From the NCBI GenBank assembly GCA_951406725.2, contig OX597824.1, positions 85,002,001 to 85,066,000 on the forward strand: a stretch of 64,000 nucleotides of DNA. Direction: 5' to 3'. A program made the position numbers and the translations under genes. This DNA is from Octopus vulgaris. Lineage: Eukaryota. Under the pieces are notes generated by a model, which did not search any database, was not told the origin of the DNA, and saw only the letters and a list, made by a program, of their open reading frames with translations. Shown here in pieces: positions 50,685 through 63,666 of this stretch. How positions within the stretch are numbered: the stretch's first letter is position 1; each line of letters starts with the position of its first letter.

Positions 50685-50955
50685 TGGAGGCGCATGGCCC
50701 AGTGGTTAGAGCAGCGGACTTGCGGTTGAGCGATCGCGGGTTCGAATCTCAGACTGGGCGATGTGTGTGTTTATGAGCGAAACACCTAAGCTCCCCGCGA
50801 CTCCGAACTTCTGCTGACTCTTTCGCCACAACTTTCTCTCACTCTTTCCTCCTGCGACGGACCGGCGTCCCGTCCAGGTGGGGAACCTATACGCCAAGGA
50901 AACTTGGAAAACCGGCCCTATGAGCCAGGCATGGCTCGAGAAGGAACAAACAACA
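50685..50955 (+). mobile_element. SINE family C variant
   Basis: GGAGGCGCATGGCCCAGTGGTTAGAGC...GGTTCGAATCTC. Confidence 0.85.
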
Positions 50956-51766
50956 TTTTTATTATTAAATATATTAACAGCAGAGGATTAGTAGACTAGA
51001 AATTTGGAAAAAAAAAGCCTCGCGGAATTGTTCAGACAGTTCACTTTCTGAGTTTGCTTTTCATCCTTTCGAGGACGATAAAGAAAGTACCAATCAAACA
51101 TTAGAGATCGATATAATCGACTAGCCCCTCTCTCAAAGTTCTGAGCGTCGTGCCCTATGTTAGAAATAGCAGTAAGATACATTATCACTTACTTAACTAC
51201 AGGATGACTGCAGGTTCGAATATACCTCAAGCATATTTGAACTGGTAATAAGTTTGTATTGACTTCACTATTTTTTTCATGCAGATATGTCCCTGCGTAA
51301 ATTGATACGGGAAAAACTGAAAGATACACAGATACCAGCACATAAATGAAGGAAAAACACACAAGCGCGTCCACACACACACAAATTCTCTATCTCTCTT
51401 TCATACACACACACACTACACTGAGAACTATACACTTACATATATACACTTTCCGATTATATACTTCTTACACAAGGTCTATTTATCGCCAAGAATGTTC
51501 GGCTTCATCAAATAGGAGACAGACTGGCGGGAAAGGGTCGGTGCAATCAAACAAAAGGAGACCGTGTCAATTTAATTACGGAATCTCCCAGTCGAGATCT
51601 ACTTCAGAGTGATCAATGGTCGACTGGTTTAGGGCAAGGAATGGGACCAGGGCTCTTGTCAGAAAGATAAGAGCTACTCTCTAAGACAAAAGGGGCATTT
51701 TGCTTCTATCAGAAGGTGAGTATTATTGTTGTTCAAATGTTCATTCAGAAACACCCCCTCTTTCTC

Positions 51767-51797
<31 letters not shown>

Positions 51798-51933
51798 TCA
51801 TTCGATGTCTGTTTCCCCCTCTCACTCTCTCTTCGTGTATCTGTCTGTTTCTCTCTGTCTTTCCCTTCCGCTCTTGCACACCCTGACGCGCACGCACGTA
51901 TTCGCGCGTTTCTGCGTCAGTATTTGCATATAT

Positions 51934-52050
<117 letters not shown>

Positions 52051-52333
52051 CACACACACACACACACGCTTAACAAACCCGTGTAGACGACACATATCTA
52101 CACCAAAGCACACGAACACTGTATAAACACACAATACAATCACACACTCACACACACACGCGGGTGCGCCCCTACTAGATGCGCATGAACCTCACAAGAC
52201 ATACCTTCCATTAAATCTAACCGAGACATTTATTCAACAGAAGTGCTCAGCAACTAATTAGAAATTAACGGTGCTTATGTGTTTATGCAAAATAAACGGA
52301 CAATGAATCTCGAGTGAACCCTTATAAAGAAAA

Positions 52334-52446
52334 TATGTATGTATGTATGCATGTATGTATGTATGTATGTATGTATGTATGTATGTATGTATGATGTGTG
52401 TATATGCATGCATGTATGTATGTCTGTCTGTCTGTCTATCTGTCCC

Positions 52447-52483
<37 letters not shown>

Positions 52484-52486
52484 ATG

Positions 52487-52517
<31 letters not shown>

Positions 52518-53063
52518 TTATGTAAGTATGTGTGTATGTGTGTATGTATGTATGTATGTATGTATGTATGTATGTATGTATGTCTGTTTGTCTGTATGTC
52601 TGTCTGTATGTATGTATGTAATTATGTAAGTATGTATATATGTAAGTATGTATGTATGTATGTATGTATGATGTATGTGTGTATGTATGTATGTATGTAT
52701 GTATTTATGTATGTATGTATGTATGTATGTATGTATGTATGTATGCATGCATGCATGCATGCATGCATGTATGTATGTATGTATGTATGCATGCATGCAT
52801 GCATGCATGCATGTATGTATGTATGCATGCATGCATGCATGCATGCATGTATGTATGTATGTATGTATGCATGCATGCATGCATGTATGTATGTATGTAT
52901 GTATGCATGTATGTATGTATGTTTTAAGTATGTATGTATGTATGTATGTATGCATGCATGCATGCATGTATGTATGTATGTATGTATGCATGCATGCATG
53001 CATGTATGTATGTATGTGTGTATGTATGTATGCATGTATGTATGTATGTTTTATGTATGTATG

Positions 53064-53092
<29 letters not shown>
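52334..53092. repeat. Compound (ATGT)/(ATGC)/(CTGT)n microsatellite
   Basis: Directly visible tetranucleotide arrays. Confidence 0.95.
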
Positions 53093-53095
<3 letters not shown>

Positions 53096-53822
53096 GTTAA
53101 TCCAAACATGAACACAAAGAGGACGTGGAACAAGTATAGTGTTATTGGACGCTCAGACATTACCAGGAGAAACACTTTTCTCATGTCGCAGACCAGAATA
53201 TTTTCATCTCGCAAGCTTGAAGAGAAACTGCTTCTCCAGAGTCATTTTGCTTAGCTCCAAATATCTATTTCTGTATTAAATTAAAGAGGCATATCTGTTC
53301 AACAGTTAATTTGCCTTGAATATATTTTCCATTTTGATAGCTTTCGTTAGCTGGCCTTGCCTTTGATCACTTCAATCGCCGAAGGAACCCGTTTCTCTTT
53401 AATTCGCTATCTATATATCAATTTCCTTTGTATAAATTATGTAGCACCCTTGAGATTACCCTGATATCTGCATTTATGTAATTCTCTTAAGATATTTTCG
53501 CAGCCTTCTTGATTCTTCCTTATTCAATGAACACTACACATCCCTTACAGAGTTGTAGCTCACCATCAATGAAATAAATAACAGTCAACATCATCACTAT
53601 TCCAGTCGACTGTATCACTGTTTACACAAAAGACCACCATCGAATGGTAGGTGAGAGGAACAGTTGAAAGCACACGGCATGTCCTTACTATCCTATGACC
53701 TCAACCTCCCATAATTCATCGCTTCATGTCATTGTAAGCAGCATGGCTCAGCTTATGACAAAAATATAGTCTAACCAGAACAACACATTTGTGAATCATA
53801 TCTAGTTGTGCACCTGAGCTAC

Positions 53823-53977
53823 CTGCATACCATTGGATCTGCATACCATTGGATCTGCATATCATTGGATCTGCATACCATTGGATCTGCATATCATTGG
53901 ATCTGAATACCATTGGATCTGCATACCATTGAATCTGCATACCATTGGATCTGAATACCATTGGATCTGCATACCAT
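53823..53977. repeat. 16-bp minisatellite (CTGCATACCATTGGAT)n, ~9-10 units
   Basis: Direct tandem array. Confidence 0.9.
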
Positions 53978-54425
53978 CAGACCTTTCTAGGGACTACACA
54001 ATAACAACGTCAAATTTCACCGAGGTTAAAATTGTTTTTCATCATTCCGGAATCGATGAAATAGAGTATCAGTTAAGTTCTAATTTTAGAGTTATTAAGG
54101 CGACTAGCTAGTAGAATCGTTTGAACGTCGAAAAAAAAAAATGCTTTGAGGTGGCTGTTCCAATTCTTTACATTCTGAGTTCAAATCCTGTCGAGGTCAA
54201 CTTCGCCTTCCATCTCTCCGAGGCTGATAAAATAAATACTGTTTAAGAGCTTGAGTCAATAGAATCGACTAACCCTTACCGTCAAAATTACCTGTCTTGT
54301 GCCTACATCAGAAGCCATTATTATTATTAGTGAGCTGGCATCATCAATTAATTACCATTTAGTAATTAATTACAAAAAAGACAGAATCCCAAGTAAGCTT
54401 TATAGTTCAAAACAATTTGACTTAA

Positions 54426-54521
54426 ATTCGTTGGTACTCTTGAGTTGCAAGCGTGATGCTAGTCGTCAGCCATTTTGAATTTGAATAGCATTGCGCTTGC
54501 AAATCAAGCGTACCGACGAGT
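54426..54521 (+). other. Imperfect hairpin of pri-miRNA size (~34-36 bp stem), or a tiny MITE
   Basis: Arms 54428-54461 and 54486-54519 pair with 3 G:U and 2 mismatches on the + strand. Confidence 0.35.
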
Positions 54522-54761
54522 GTGAATCAAACCGTTTTGATCCATACATGTAACTCCCTATTAATTGGTTGAGCGCCCTTCTTCCGTTTGTCCACTCACT
54601 CGTATATACATGCATAATACATACATACATGCGTATTTTGCTAACTCTGTATAATTTTTATTTCAGAAAATATTAATGGCAGACCCCTCAGCTTACTCAA
54701 GAAATAAAGAGGCAGGCTGTTACTGTGGTTATAAAGGTTGAGCATAGCTATTTAGAAATAT

Positions 54762-54965
54762 CTTTTTGAAAAAGTTTTGAGGAAAATTTTCAAAAAATTT
54801 TTGAAAAAATTTTGCGGAAAATTTTCCAAAAATTTTTGTAAAAATTTTGAGGAAAATTTTCAAAAAAGTTTTGAAAAAATTTTGAGGAAAATTTTCCAAA
54901 AATTTTTGTAAAAATTTTTAGGAAAATTTTCAAAAAAGTTTTGAAAAAATTTTGAGGAAAATTTT
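54762..54965. repeat. A/T-tract tandem repeat (ttttgaggaaaattttcaaaaaa-like units)
   Basis: Repeating, partly self-complementary A/T tracts. Confidence 0.8.
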
Positions 54966-55786
54966 CGTCAAAAAATATATGTATATGTATGTGTGTATAT
55001 ATGTTTGTGTGCCTGTGCTTGTACCCCCAACATCGCTTGACAACCGATGCTGGTGTGTTCACGTCCCCGTAACTTAGTGGTTCGGCAAAAGAGACCGATA
55101 GAATAAGTACTAGGCTTCCAAAGAATAAGTCCTGGGGTCGATTTGCTCGACTAAAAGCGGTGCTCCAGCATGGCCGCAGTCAAATGACTGATACGAGTAA
55201 AAGAATATATGTCGTGTATTGTAGAACTTTAACCAATTTATTGCAGATAGATTTTAACAACAAAAATCTTCTATGGACCCACAAGGGCCAATATGTACCC
55301 CAATTGAGAATTACTGCACTTACCTTATCGGTAACTCTGTACGTTAACAGTCCATGCAAGCGACACAGTGTTATCATTCACTTACACACGCCTTCTCTTT
55401 AAAAGTGACCCATATTAAAAGGGATAACGAAAAAAAGGAAGACATCAAAACTGCGCTTGATTCACCAACAAACCCCATTTATAGTTATTTAGTTTAATTA
55501 CGCGTCGTAGATAATGAATATTAAGATATAAATGTGCTTTGTGTCTTTTAAAACATCGTGAAATGAGATAACTACCAACACAGGAAATAGAGTTTCTGTT
55601 AGCTTAAGAATAGAAAAAAAGTATTTTTGTTGGCCTTCGGTTAGTTTCTCTTTGAAGTATTTATCAACTACCATTGTCTGTGGGAAAATTAGCAATGGCA
55701 TACGAACATACATACATATGCATACATACATACATACATATTAAAACAGTAAAAGAGAGAAGTCAAGTTTCGACTCTCTCTATACG

Positions 55787-55818
<32 letters not shown>

Positions 55819-55841
55819 TATATAAATAAAAATATATATAA

Positions 55842-55902
<61 letters not shown>

Positions 55903-55908
55903 TATATA

Positions 55909-55949
<41 letters not shown>

Positions 55950-55954
55950 GTATA

Positions 55955-56013
<59 letters not shown>

Positions 56014-56033
56014 ATATATATATATATAATATA

Positions 56034-56228
56034 TACACTGAGAATCTACAAAAAAAAACAAATGACGAAGACGGGTGTGTAAACAACAAACAGATGTATT
56101 AGTTTAACGGTCGGGATGTAAGAAACTCTTTTACGTTTCGAGCCAACGCTCTTCGACAGAAAGGAACACAGAAATAAACAGGTAGAGAAAATAAAGAGGG
56201 TTTAGTGGCTAGCGATATATCATGGCGA
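56034..56228 (-). mobile_element. Short microsatellite-embedded element carrying a hammerhead-like motif (56127-56164)
   Basis: Homologous to 63838-64000; minus strand CTTT-CTGTCGA-A-GAGC(GTTG)GCTC-GAAA-CG-TA-AAAG. Confidence 0.55.
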
Positions 56229-56318
<90 letters not shown>

Positions 56319-56523
56319 GGGGCGTGTAAAATATTGCTTGTGTTTTCAGGGAAAGAAGGTCTCATTTCTGATGTTTAGGATGTTCCTAAACAAGATCAAT
56401 AGTATGTCATCAGCTCTGACGATTGGAGGTCATGATCGACCACTGATAATAGTCGTCGTGACTGGCACCAAGGGATTGCTTCAGAAAGTTCTTTTATCTT
56501 TCTCTGGTGCTATTCTACCAAAT

Positions 56524-56810
56524 GGAGGCGCAATTGCCCAGTGGCTAGGGCAGCGGACTAGCGGTCGGAGGATCGCGGTTCGATTCCCAGACCGGGCGTT
56601 GTGTGTATTTATTTATTGAGCTAAATTACCTAAAAGCTCCACGAGGCTGTTGTACTCTTTCACCCGAACTTTCTCTCCTTCTCTCTTCCTGTTTCTTGAG
56701 TAACGCTGCGATGGACTGGCGTCCCGTCCAGCTGGGAGGGGGACACATACGCCACAGAAACTGGGAAACCGGGTCCATGAGCCTGGCTAGGCTTGAAAAG
56801 GGCGCATAAA
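56524..56810 (+). mobile_element. SINE family C
   Basis: Reverse complement of 21690-21988. Confidence 0.85.
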
Positions 56811-56906
56811 TAAATTCTACCAAATGCTATTCTATCAAATATAAATATACTTTATATATGTGTATGTATAAATGTATGTATAAATGTATGTGTATATGTA
56901 TGTATT

Positions 56907-56970
<64 letters not shown>

Positions 56971-57286
56971 CATGTATGTAGAGACACATAGATACACACA
57001 ATTCCAAACACATTTGTAGTTGTCCATCAATAGCATAGAAAAAAAATGTGTTTACATTCTGACTTCATCCACGGGGCTTTGTAATAATTCAATTTCTTCC
57101 AGTTCTTGTGTGTGTGTGTGTGCGTGTGTGTGTGTGTGTGCGCGCGCGCATAGTTTAATGCTCCGTTAAGATAAGATCAACAAAAAAAAAAATTCCATCC
57201 AGCGAGCGATAAATATAAGTTAATGTAGACCGTATGAAGATACTTGCTACAAATAGTACTTGCTGTGGAAACACGTGTCTAGGCAG

Positions 57287-57690
57287 TAAGTACTAGGCTT
57301 ACAAAGAATAAGTCCTGGGGTCGATATCTTCGACAAAAGGCGGCGCTCCAGCATGGCTGCAGTCAGATGAAACGAGTAAAAGAATAAAAGAATATACATA
57401 TATATATATATATATACATACATACATACATATATATACACACACACACATATATATATAATGTGTGTGTATGTTTGTGTGTCTGTTTGTCACCCCAACA
57501 TCGCTTGATAACCGATGGTGGAGTGTTTGTGTCCCCGTAACTTAGCGGTTCGGCAAAAGAGACCGATAGAATAAGTACTAGGCTTACAAAGAATAAGTCC
57601 TGGGGTCGATTTGCTCGACTAAAAGGTGGTGCTCCAGCATGGCTGCAGTCAAATGACTGAAACAGGTAAAAGAATAAAAGCGTAAGAGTA
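57287..57690 (+). mobile_element. SINE family A, tandem 3' halves
   Basis: Tail segment present twice. Confidence 0.75.
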
Positions 57691-57813
57691 CATTATGACG
57701 AATAAAAGACGAGATGGCCACGGCTAGAGTTCGTTTGAGCAAACGCCTGCTCGTTGAGAGCCGATTTTTTTGGGGGGTGGGGTGGGGGGGCTAAATAATA
57801 ATTACAGCAACAA

Positions 57814-57857
<44 letters not shown>

Positions 57858-58175
57858 CAACAACAATAACAACAACCGCAACAGCTTCAGCAGCAACAAC
57901 AGCCACAGCAACGACGTCTGCCCAAAATAGACAAAATGAACGACGCTCGTCTTGCTTATCAGAAGGAAAACAAAAGGAAAGGGAAATGACGTATCGTCTG
58001 ATGTAACAATACAATTTTTATCATTTGATTTCAAGGACCTCACTCTACTCTTCTCTCCTCTCTCTCTCTCTCTCCCCCCTCTCTCTCTCTCTCTCTCTCT
58101 CTCACAGACGTCGTTGTGCAACATGTAAGGGTTGAATTGCAGGTCAAATTTAATTTCAAGGTCAAGGTTACTGCC

Positions 58176-58215
<40 letters not shown>

Positions 58216-58280
58216 ACACACACACACACACACAGAGGCACACGCGTGCACAGACACACACAGACACACACACACACACA

Positions 58281-58331
<51 letters not shown>

Positions 58332-58362
58332 ACACACACACACACAGACACACAGACACACA

Positions 58363-58403
<41 letters not shown>

Positions 58404-58454
58404 GCACACGCGTGCACAGACACACAAACACAGCAATTAGCTTTAATAATATGG

Positions 58455-58684
58455 ACATGTATGTATACATGCAGGAACTGGCAGAGCCGTTAGCCACGCC
58501 GGGCGAAATGCTTAACGTCTGTCGTTACGTTCTGAGTTCAAATTCCGCCGAGGTCGACTTTGCCTTTCATCCTTTCGGGGTCGATAAATTAAGTACCAGT
58601 TACGCACTGGGGTCGATGTAATCGACTTAATCCATATGTTTGTCCTCTCTGTGTTTAGCCCCTTGTGGGTAGTAAAGAAATAGG
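58455..58684 (+). mobile_element. SINE family B
   Basis: Family match. Confidence 0.8.
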
Positions 58685-58789
58685 TATGTATGCGTAGAGG
58701 AGGAAAGACAGAGAGAAAAGGATGAAGGAAAGATAGAAAGACTGAAATCAGTGAGAGTGTGATAAAGAGAAAGAGAAAAGACACACACG

Positions 58790-58833
<44 letters not shown>

Positions 58834-59223
58834 CACACAGAGACAGGCACGCACACACACACACACACACACACAGACACAGACAGGGACATACACACAC
58901 AGACAGGCACATACACACACAGGCACAAACTCCCACACACGACACGAAACTCTCGGACCTTGAGTCACTCTGTTACTTCTGCTAAATATTAAAAATATAC
59001 TTATACATAGGCGAAGGCGTGACTGTTTGGTTAGAAGCTCGTTTCCCAGCCACATGGTTCCGGGTTCAGTTCCACTGCGTGGCACCTTCGGCAAATGTCT
59101 TCTACTATAGCCTTGGACCGACCAAAGCCTTGTCAGTCTTTTTTCTTGTTTTTCCTATCCGTCTTTGTATCGTCTATCTGTTTTATTGTCGTGTGTTGCG
59201 GTCTTATTCCATCTTTTGGGTTC

Positions 59224-59254
<31 letters not shown>

Positions 59255-59777
59255 TGTATGGATGGATGGATGGATGGATAGGATAGGTGGGTGGATGGAT
59301 GGGTGGGTGGGTGTATGGATGGGTGGGTGGGTGGGTGGATGGACGGACGGACGGACGGATGGACGGATGGACGGATGGATGGATGGATGGATTATATATA
59401 TATATATATATATATACATACATACATAATACAAAATAAGAAAATGGAGGAATAGATTTCTTTCAATCATCAACTTCCAGATAATACCAATTCATATAAT
59501 TTATTAACTAATTATTTAGATTAAATAGGAACATCCAAATCCAACAGAATAAGACAGAGTCAGTGGGAAAAGAAGTTCTTTCCTAGGGATATATAATCCG
59601 AGCATCCACCAGTTTAGCACTGTATCAATTAACGATACTGGAAAATTGTACATGTGCACATGGACTAATGTTTATCGTTGGTTTTTCTTCAATGTCAGTA
59701 CCTTACACTTCTGAAATTCCGGTTGTCGTTATAGAGATTTCCATTGTTTTCGACATAGGAGGAAAAGTTTAACAATA

Positions 59778-60233
59778 CAAAAAAAAACGGAGAATACATA
59801 CACAGAATAATCAATCCATTTATTATCATTAGATCCTAGTCGAATTAATGAGTTCATTCATATTGCCTACTCTGCGTTTCGGTTGATTGCTCCTATCCAC
59901 ACGCATGCTTTTAAAGTTCATTATGAAATTGAAAAAAAAAAAAAGCAAAAATCTTCCTCAGGGCATATTTTTCACATCCTAACGGATGGAGAGTTTCTTC
60001 CGATTGAATTCAACCTTCCATCTATTTGGATGTGAAAAATGTCAGTCAATTTGCCCTGCGGAGGTTCTTTGCTTCTTTTTCAATTTCATAATGCACTTTA
60101 AATGCGTAAGTATGGATAGGAGCAATCAACCGAAACGCAGTGTAGGCAATATGAATGAGCTCATTAATTCAGCTGGACTATGATGATAATAAATGGATTG
60201 ATCATTTTGAGTATGTATTCTCTGTTTTCTTTG
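59778..60233. repeat. ~455-bp imperfect palindrome (foldback element)
   Basis: e.g. tcattcatattgcctactctgcgtttcggttgattgctcctatcca vs tggataggagcaatcaaccgaaacgcagtgtaggcaatatgaatga; short central spacer. Confidence 0.85.
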
Positions 60234-60286
60234 TGTGTATGTATGTGTGTATGTCTATATATATACATATATACACATGTATACAT

Positions 60287-60340
<54 letters not shown>

Positions 60341-60343
<3 letters not shown>

Positions 60344-60784
60344 ATTATAACAATACTCCTTGGATGGAATGTATAAGCATTTAATGCATCGCTACACGTG
60401 TTTCCACAGATCATATGTCCCTTAAGATCACAGTCCACATTCTTGGGATGATTACAGCGTAGTCCGTAGTATCCATGGGTATCGGACTGATCATCTTCAG
60501 GGATTCATTTCTTCAGGCAATATAACATTAATGGATTGGATGTACAACCGAAGGATGCTTATCCCTTTTGACCAGTATGAAAATTGACTGAGTCAGTCAA
60601 CCTTCATGAAAATGATCACCCATGAAGATGATCAACCCGATGCCTACGGATACTACGGAGTACACTGTAATCATACCTAGAATACGGACTGTGATCTTAA
60701 GAAACATGTGATTTGTGGAAACGCGCGTAGAAATGCATTAAATCTATATAAATTCCATTCTAGGATTATTGTTATTATGATTAT
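60341..60784. repeat. ~445-bp inverted-repeat element (~175-bp arms)
   Basis: cttaagatcacagtcc...ccgtagtatcc...tgatcatcttca vs tgaagatgatca...ggatactacgg...ggactgtgatcttaag. Confidence 0.85.
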
Positions 60785-60900
60785 ATTTATCCTACATTAT
60801 ATTGGTACAGCTCGATGCAAACCCCCCCCCAATGTTTCAACAGTAAGCATCATTAGACTTTATTTGCATATTCAAAACGTCTCCCGTAAACAAATTTAAG

Positions 60901-60937
<37 letters not shown>

Positions 60938-60950
60938 CCGCATATATATC

Positions 60951-61021
<71 letters not shown>

Positions 61022-61182
61022 ATATATATATATATACATAATATATATATGCATACATATATATACATATATACATGCATACATACATACGCATATACAC
61101 ATACACATAGGTAAATTGATGCAAACAGGAAAATAGAACTCATTGAGATATTAAGAGAGAAAGGAGAAAGAGAGAGAAAGAG

Positions 61183-61217
<35 letters not shown>

Positions 61218-61521
61218 TCCTAAAAAGAAATAAATTAATATGAATTGAACTGTAATCTATATTTAAAAAAATCGAATTCGTTTAGATTAGTCAAGTATGG
61301 AAAGCCAAAAGAAAACAAAAGTTTAGAATGTCGAGGTTTTCAAATATCATTTATTTCATAATAACTAATTACATAAAACTAAAATGTCAGACTATTTATA
61401 ATAATAGTCGCGCACAAAGGAACGAGGTCAAAAACCGGTAAATTAGAGACACGGGCGGGCGGAAATAGGACGACTTTAATATAAGACGGAATACAAACAT
61501 TCAAACAAGTTGCGAAATATA

Positions 61522-61625
<104 letters not shown>

Positions 61626-61736
61626 TAGCCAGATAGATAAATAGCTAGCTAGCTAAATAGTTAGCTATAGATAGGTATATATATATATAGGACGACTTTG
61701 ATATAAGACGGAATACAAACATTCAAACAAGTTGCG

Positions 61737-61843
<107 letters not shown>

Positions 61844-61855
61844 TATGTATATATA

Positions 61856-61906
<51 letters not shown>

Positions 61907-62145
61907 GTTTAAATATTTGTTGTGCAAGATTTTTTATGTCTGCGACTTAGTGGGAAAAGTTTAACAATACAAAGAAAACGGAGAATACATACACAGAATT
62001 GAAACAGATATTGTTATATTTCGGAATGGTCATATTGCCAGTTTAGCCAATAAAAACACACGCACTATATATTTGGTGTTATTTTGCTTCAGTATTATTT
62101 GTTTTTTACATTCATCTTAATCTTAATCTTATAAGATTAAAATTA

Positions 62146-62198
<53 letters not shown>

Positions 62199-62203
<5 letters not shown>

Positions 62204-63204
62204 TGGAGGTGGAAGTAGCACAGAAGTAAGTCTAAGATATTTCAATTTAAGAGGGAATTTAATAAAAATGATTTTAAAAGTTATATATAGAAAATATTAC
62301 CGGTTTCCATGTATCTCATCTTATCAAATATCAGTAAAATTTATAACATTTTGAAGTAAAAACAGTTTATCTTCTGTCTGGGGATCAAGAACATTTCTAG
62401 AGATTTTTCGTTGAAGTCTTCTTTATATATAGTTTGGCATAGAGTTCAAAGTGTTAGCCACCGAGAGAATGGATGTGTATTGTGTAAAGGAAGTTTTTGA
62501 GTGTTCCTGCCAAGGGCGTGGCTATAAAACATTTATTGAATGAGTTTTATGTCCACCTGAATGTGAATTGTGTTGAATCTTTTCTACTCTAGGCTCGAAA
62601 TTTTTGGGGAGGGATCCAGTCGATTAGATCGATCCCAATAGGTACTTCCTTTATCGACCCCGAATGGATGAATGACAAAGTTCGACCTCGGTGGAATTTG
62701 AACTGAGAACGTAAAGACAGATGAAATATCGCTAAGCATTTGGCCCAGCGTGCTAACATTTCTGCCCGGTCCTTTCAATATGTTTGGAAAGTGACCAGCA
62801 GTGAGTTGAGGGGTGTGTATGTTGTGATGAATGTCTTGTTGAAGAAAGGATAAGGACTTTCCTTTGGATTAGATGTATTCTTTTTAGTGTTTCCACCTGT
62901 GTGTATATGTGTGGTCACCAGCATGTCCGTGTGTGTGTGTATGAGTGTATGTGTTTTTTGCGATGTTTTCTTTTGCCAAAAACACACTCACATGCACGCA
63001 CAAACACACCCACACATACACTCACACAAATACACACAGCTGGTGACCCCACGCACACACAGAGGTGGAGACACTCAAAAGAATACATCTAGCCCAAAGG
63101 AAAGTCCTACTTCTTTCTTCAACAATATATTCATCACAACATACACACCCCTCAACTCACAGCTGGCCACTTTCCATATATATTGAAAGGACATTCAACA
63201 CAAT

Positions 63205-63246
<42 letters not shown>

Positions 63247-63248
63247 GC

Positions 63249-63279
<31 letters not shown>

Positions 63280-63620
63280 AGTGGACATAAAATCCATCCA
63301 ATAAATGCTTTATAGACACGTCCTTGGCAGGAACACTCAAAAATTTCTTTTAGACAATACACACCCCTTCTCTCACTCTATATCAAACTATATAAAAGAA
63401 AACTTCAACGAAAAATCTCTAGACATGTTCTTGATCCCCAGACAGAAGATAAACTGTTTTTACTTCAAAATGTTATAAATTTTACTGATATTTGATACGA
63501 TGAGATACATGGAAAACGATAATATTTTCTATATATAACTTTTAAAATCATTTTTATTAAATTCCCTCTTAAATTGAAATATCTCAGACTTACTTCTGTG
63601 CTACTTCCACCTCCATCTAA
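62199..63620. repeat. 1.4-kb palindromic foldback element in (TA)n, with a SINE inserted in the left arm (62584-62773)
   Basis: TTAGATGGAGGTGGAAGTAGCACAG... / ...CTGTGCTACTTCCACCTCCATCTAA; arms are complementary almost to the centre (~62970). Confidence 0.9.
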
Positions 63621-63666
63621 TATATATAAAAATTTGATTTGTATAGAGCTCTAATCCTTTTTTCAA

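Noticed and set aside
50685-50760. tRNA-like sequences (also at 21910-21988, 26780-26852, 49981, 56524)
   Set aside because: They are SINE heads continuing into SINE bodies and do not form complete cloverleaves.
57800-57915. Poly-Gln coding exon
   Set aside because: The Gln frame is bounded by nearby stops and has no convincing splice sites.
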